Below, piece after piece: positions 62,803 through 64,000 of a DNA stretch of 64,000 bases. The position numbers were made by a program, and so were the translations under genes. Source of the stretch: Candidatus Latescibacterota bacterium. GTDB lineage: Bacteria; Krumholzibacteriota; Krumholzibacteriia; WVZY01. Positions within the stretch are counted from its first letter, which is position 1, and each line of letters opens with the position of its first letter. The notes under the pieces were generated by a model. The model ran no database searches and had not been told where the DNA came from. It saw nothing but the letters and a program-made list of their open reading frames with translations. The stretch lies in contig CAWBQK010000010.1 in NCBI GenBank assembly GCA_963791045.1, positions 47,839-111,838 of the forward strand, written 5' to 3'.

Positions 62803-63873
62803 TTATTTGATCATCAACAGTTTTGTTGTCATTCTGGCGTTTCCTGCGTCAACCACACCGAAGTAGGTCGAGCTCGCCACTTGTCTCCCGTTTCTGTCAC
62901 GACCGTCCCACATCACCCTGACTTCGGGTCCGTTGGGACGCTCACCAAAAAGCTCGCGCACGAGCGCGCCTGACACATCATAGATTCTCATGGTAACCCG
63001 CTCCCCCGTTGAGAGAAATTCATCGCTCAGACGCACACGGAGTTCGGTCTGCGGGTTGAATGGGTTCGGGTAATTGCTAAAGCTCACGATAATCGGCAAA
63101 GTCGCGGGTTCGGTCGTCAACCTGAGGAAGAAAGACTCGAGACCGGCGACACTGACCGGCGAGGCCAGGACGGCGTTTTCAACACGGCCGTCAAAGAAGG
63201 CGTCGGGTCCGCCAAAGAGAACCCGGAAGTCCTCCGCAAAAATTTCATGTGGGCGATAGGCGTGACTCGCTGAACTGGAGTAAATCACCTGGTCGGTTAT
63301 GCCTCGAATCCGTCGATACTCGTCCCACCGGCGGTGTGAAGGATCGGGAAGATACCGGTACTGGAAGACATGTCCCAACTCGTGCGCAATAATATATGCG
63401 GCACCCTCGGGGGAGATCTCCAATACTTGTGGGCTCAAGTAAATCCGCCCGCCGCTCGCGGAACTCGAGAGGATATTCTCCCTCGGGTACGGCAGGACGA
63501 ATACTTCGACGTCGAGTTCCATTTCCGGAAACTCGATGCTCTCGAGGCATCTCGCGATGAGGTTCTCATCAAATGGATGGAAGAGCCCATCGCCCTTGTT
63601 CTGAATTAATGGATCTTTTATGTCGGTGACCAGCGTAAGGTATTCACCGTTATCAAGTTCAAGCGTTCCACGATCTCCGGAGAGAGTCACGCGCGCGGAC
63701 AGGTACTCCGCCGTATACACGCGGGCGTTGATCCCGTTGGCCGGACGGACGTTGAGGATTCCCTCGCCGTCAACCACGGCTTCAGCGGTCGTCGCGAGTG
63801 CCAAACAAGTGAAGAAGGCAAATGCGGCGAGCACCAGGACCGGTCGAAACTTCTTGAGTTCGATTGGTTTCAA
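62803..63873 (-). CDS. Secreted HEXXH (zincin-like) protein with FlgD-Ig/T9SS-like CTD
   Basis: Signal peptide; IAHELGHV and EIFAEDF; NYPNPFNP...IYDVSGALVR...WDGRDRNGRQVASSTYF...KLLMIK. Confidence 0.8.
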   Translation of the reverse strand: MKPIELKKFRPVLVLAAFAFFTCLALATTAEAVVDGEGILNVRPANGINARVYTAEYLSARVTLSGDRGTLELDNGEYLTLVTDIKDPLIQNKGDGLFHPFDENLIARCLESIEFPEMELDVEVFVLPYPRENILSSSASGGRIYLSPQVLEISPEGAAYIIAHELGHVFQYRYLPDPSHRRWDEYRRIRGITDQVIYSSSASHAYRPHEIFAEDFRVLFGGPDAFFDGRVENAVLASPVSVAGLESFFLRLTTEPATLPIIVSFSNYPNPFNPQTELRVRLSDEFLSTGERVTMRIYDVSGALVRELFGERPNGPEVRVMWDGRDRNGRQVASSTYFGVVDAGNARMTTKLLMIK

Positions 63874-64000
63874 GTGACTCTAACTATGTCAGTGGGTAAA
63901 ATGCGAACGATTGAGATTTCTATATAATTAGTTAATTCTGCTAACCTGTACGATCCCTCTGTTTCCTGAATTTGCAACTGGGCGTTCCCCGATTGGGTTC

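Noticed and set aside
56-63877. Long plus-strand and alternative-frame ORFs (e.g. 669-2807, 18780-20234, 38275-39645, 50242-51555, 57780-59168)
   Set aside because: Antisense shadows of well-supported minus-strand genes in GC-rich DNA, with no motifs of their own.
1-64000. CRISPR arrays, tRNA/rRNA, IS elements, prophage
   Set aside because: No spaced direct repeats, cloverleafs, transposases, integrases or phage genes were recognised by eye. The repeats between 12-18 kb reflect gene duplication.

Overview
A bacterial chromosomal segment, almost entirely on the minus strand, from a diderm organism (LpxH, outer-membrane barrels, lipoproteins). PorV-like barrels, many proteins with FlgD-Ig/T9SS-like C-terminal domains and a short RpoD suggest an FCB-group lineage such as Ca. 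Krumholzibacteriota/Latescibacterota; this is an inference. Left to right: (i) a tightly packed ppdK - CDP-alcohol transferase - DUF4388 - DOMON/CBM9-like - PorV-like - barrel - CBM48 cluster; (ii) an S8 protease, three paralogous uncharacterised lipoproteins and a heavily frameshifted ~3.2 kb secreted-protein gene with a long leader; (iii) a housekeeping block (glyS, glyQ, recO, mgtE, ybeY, 7TM-HD hydrolase, phoH, aspS, hisS, amidase, M23 peptidase, sigma70, degP, lpxH); (iv) a PorV-like gene paired with an M6-like protein that lacks the zinc ligands; (v) the most interesting locus: a small secreted peptide gene, a TPR-GAF-AAA+ sigma54 activator, a sigma54/IHF promoter driving a ~270-nt highly structured candidate ncRNA with mutually exclusive helices, and a second sigma54 promoter driving a two-gene envelope operon; (vi) an NtrC-type regulator, rlmN and a HEXXH secreted protein. 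Single-base frameshifts in glyS and two other genes suggest some sequence error. I saw no rRNA, tRNA, CRISPR array or transposase.
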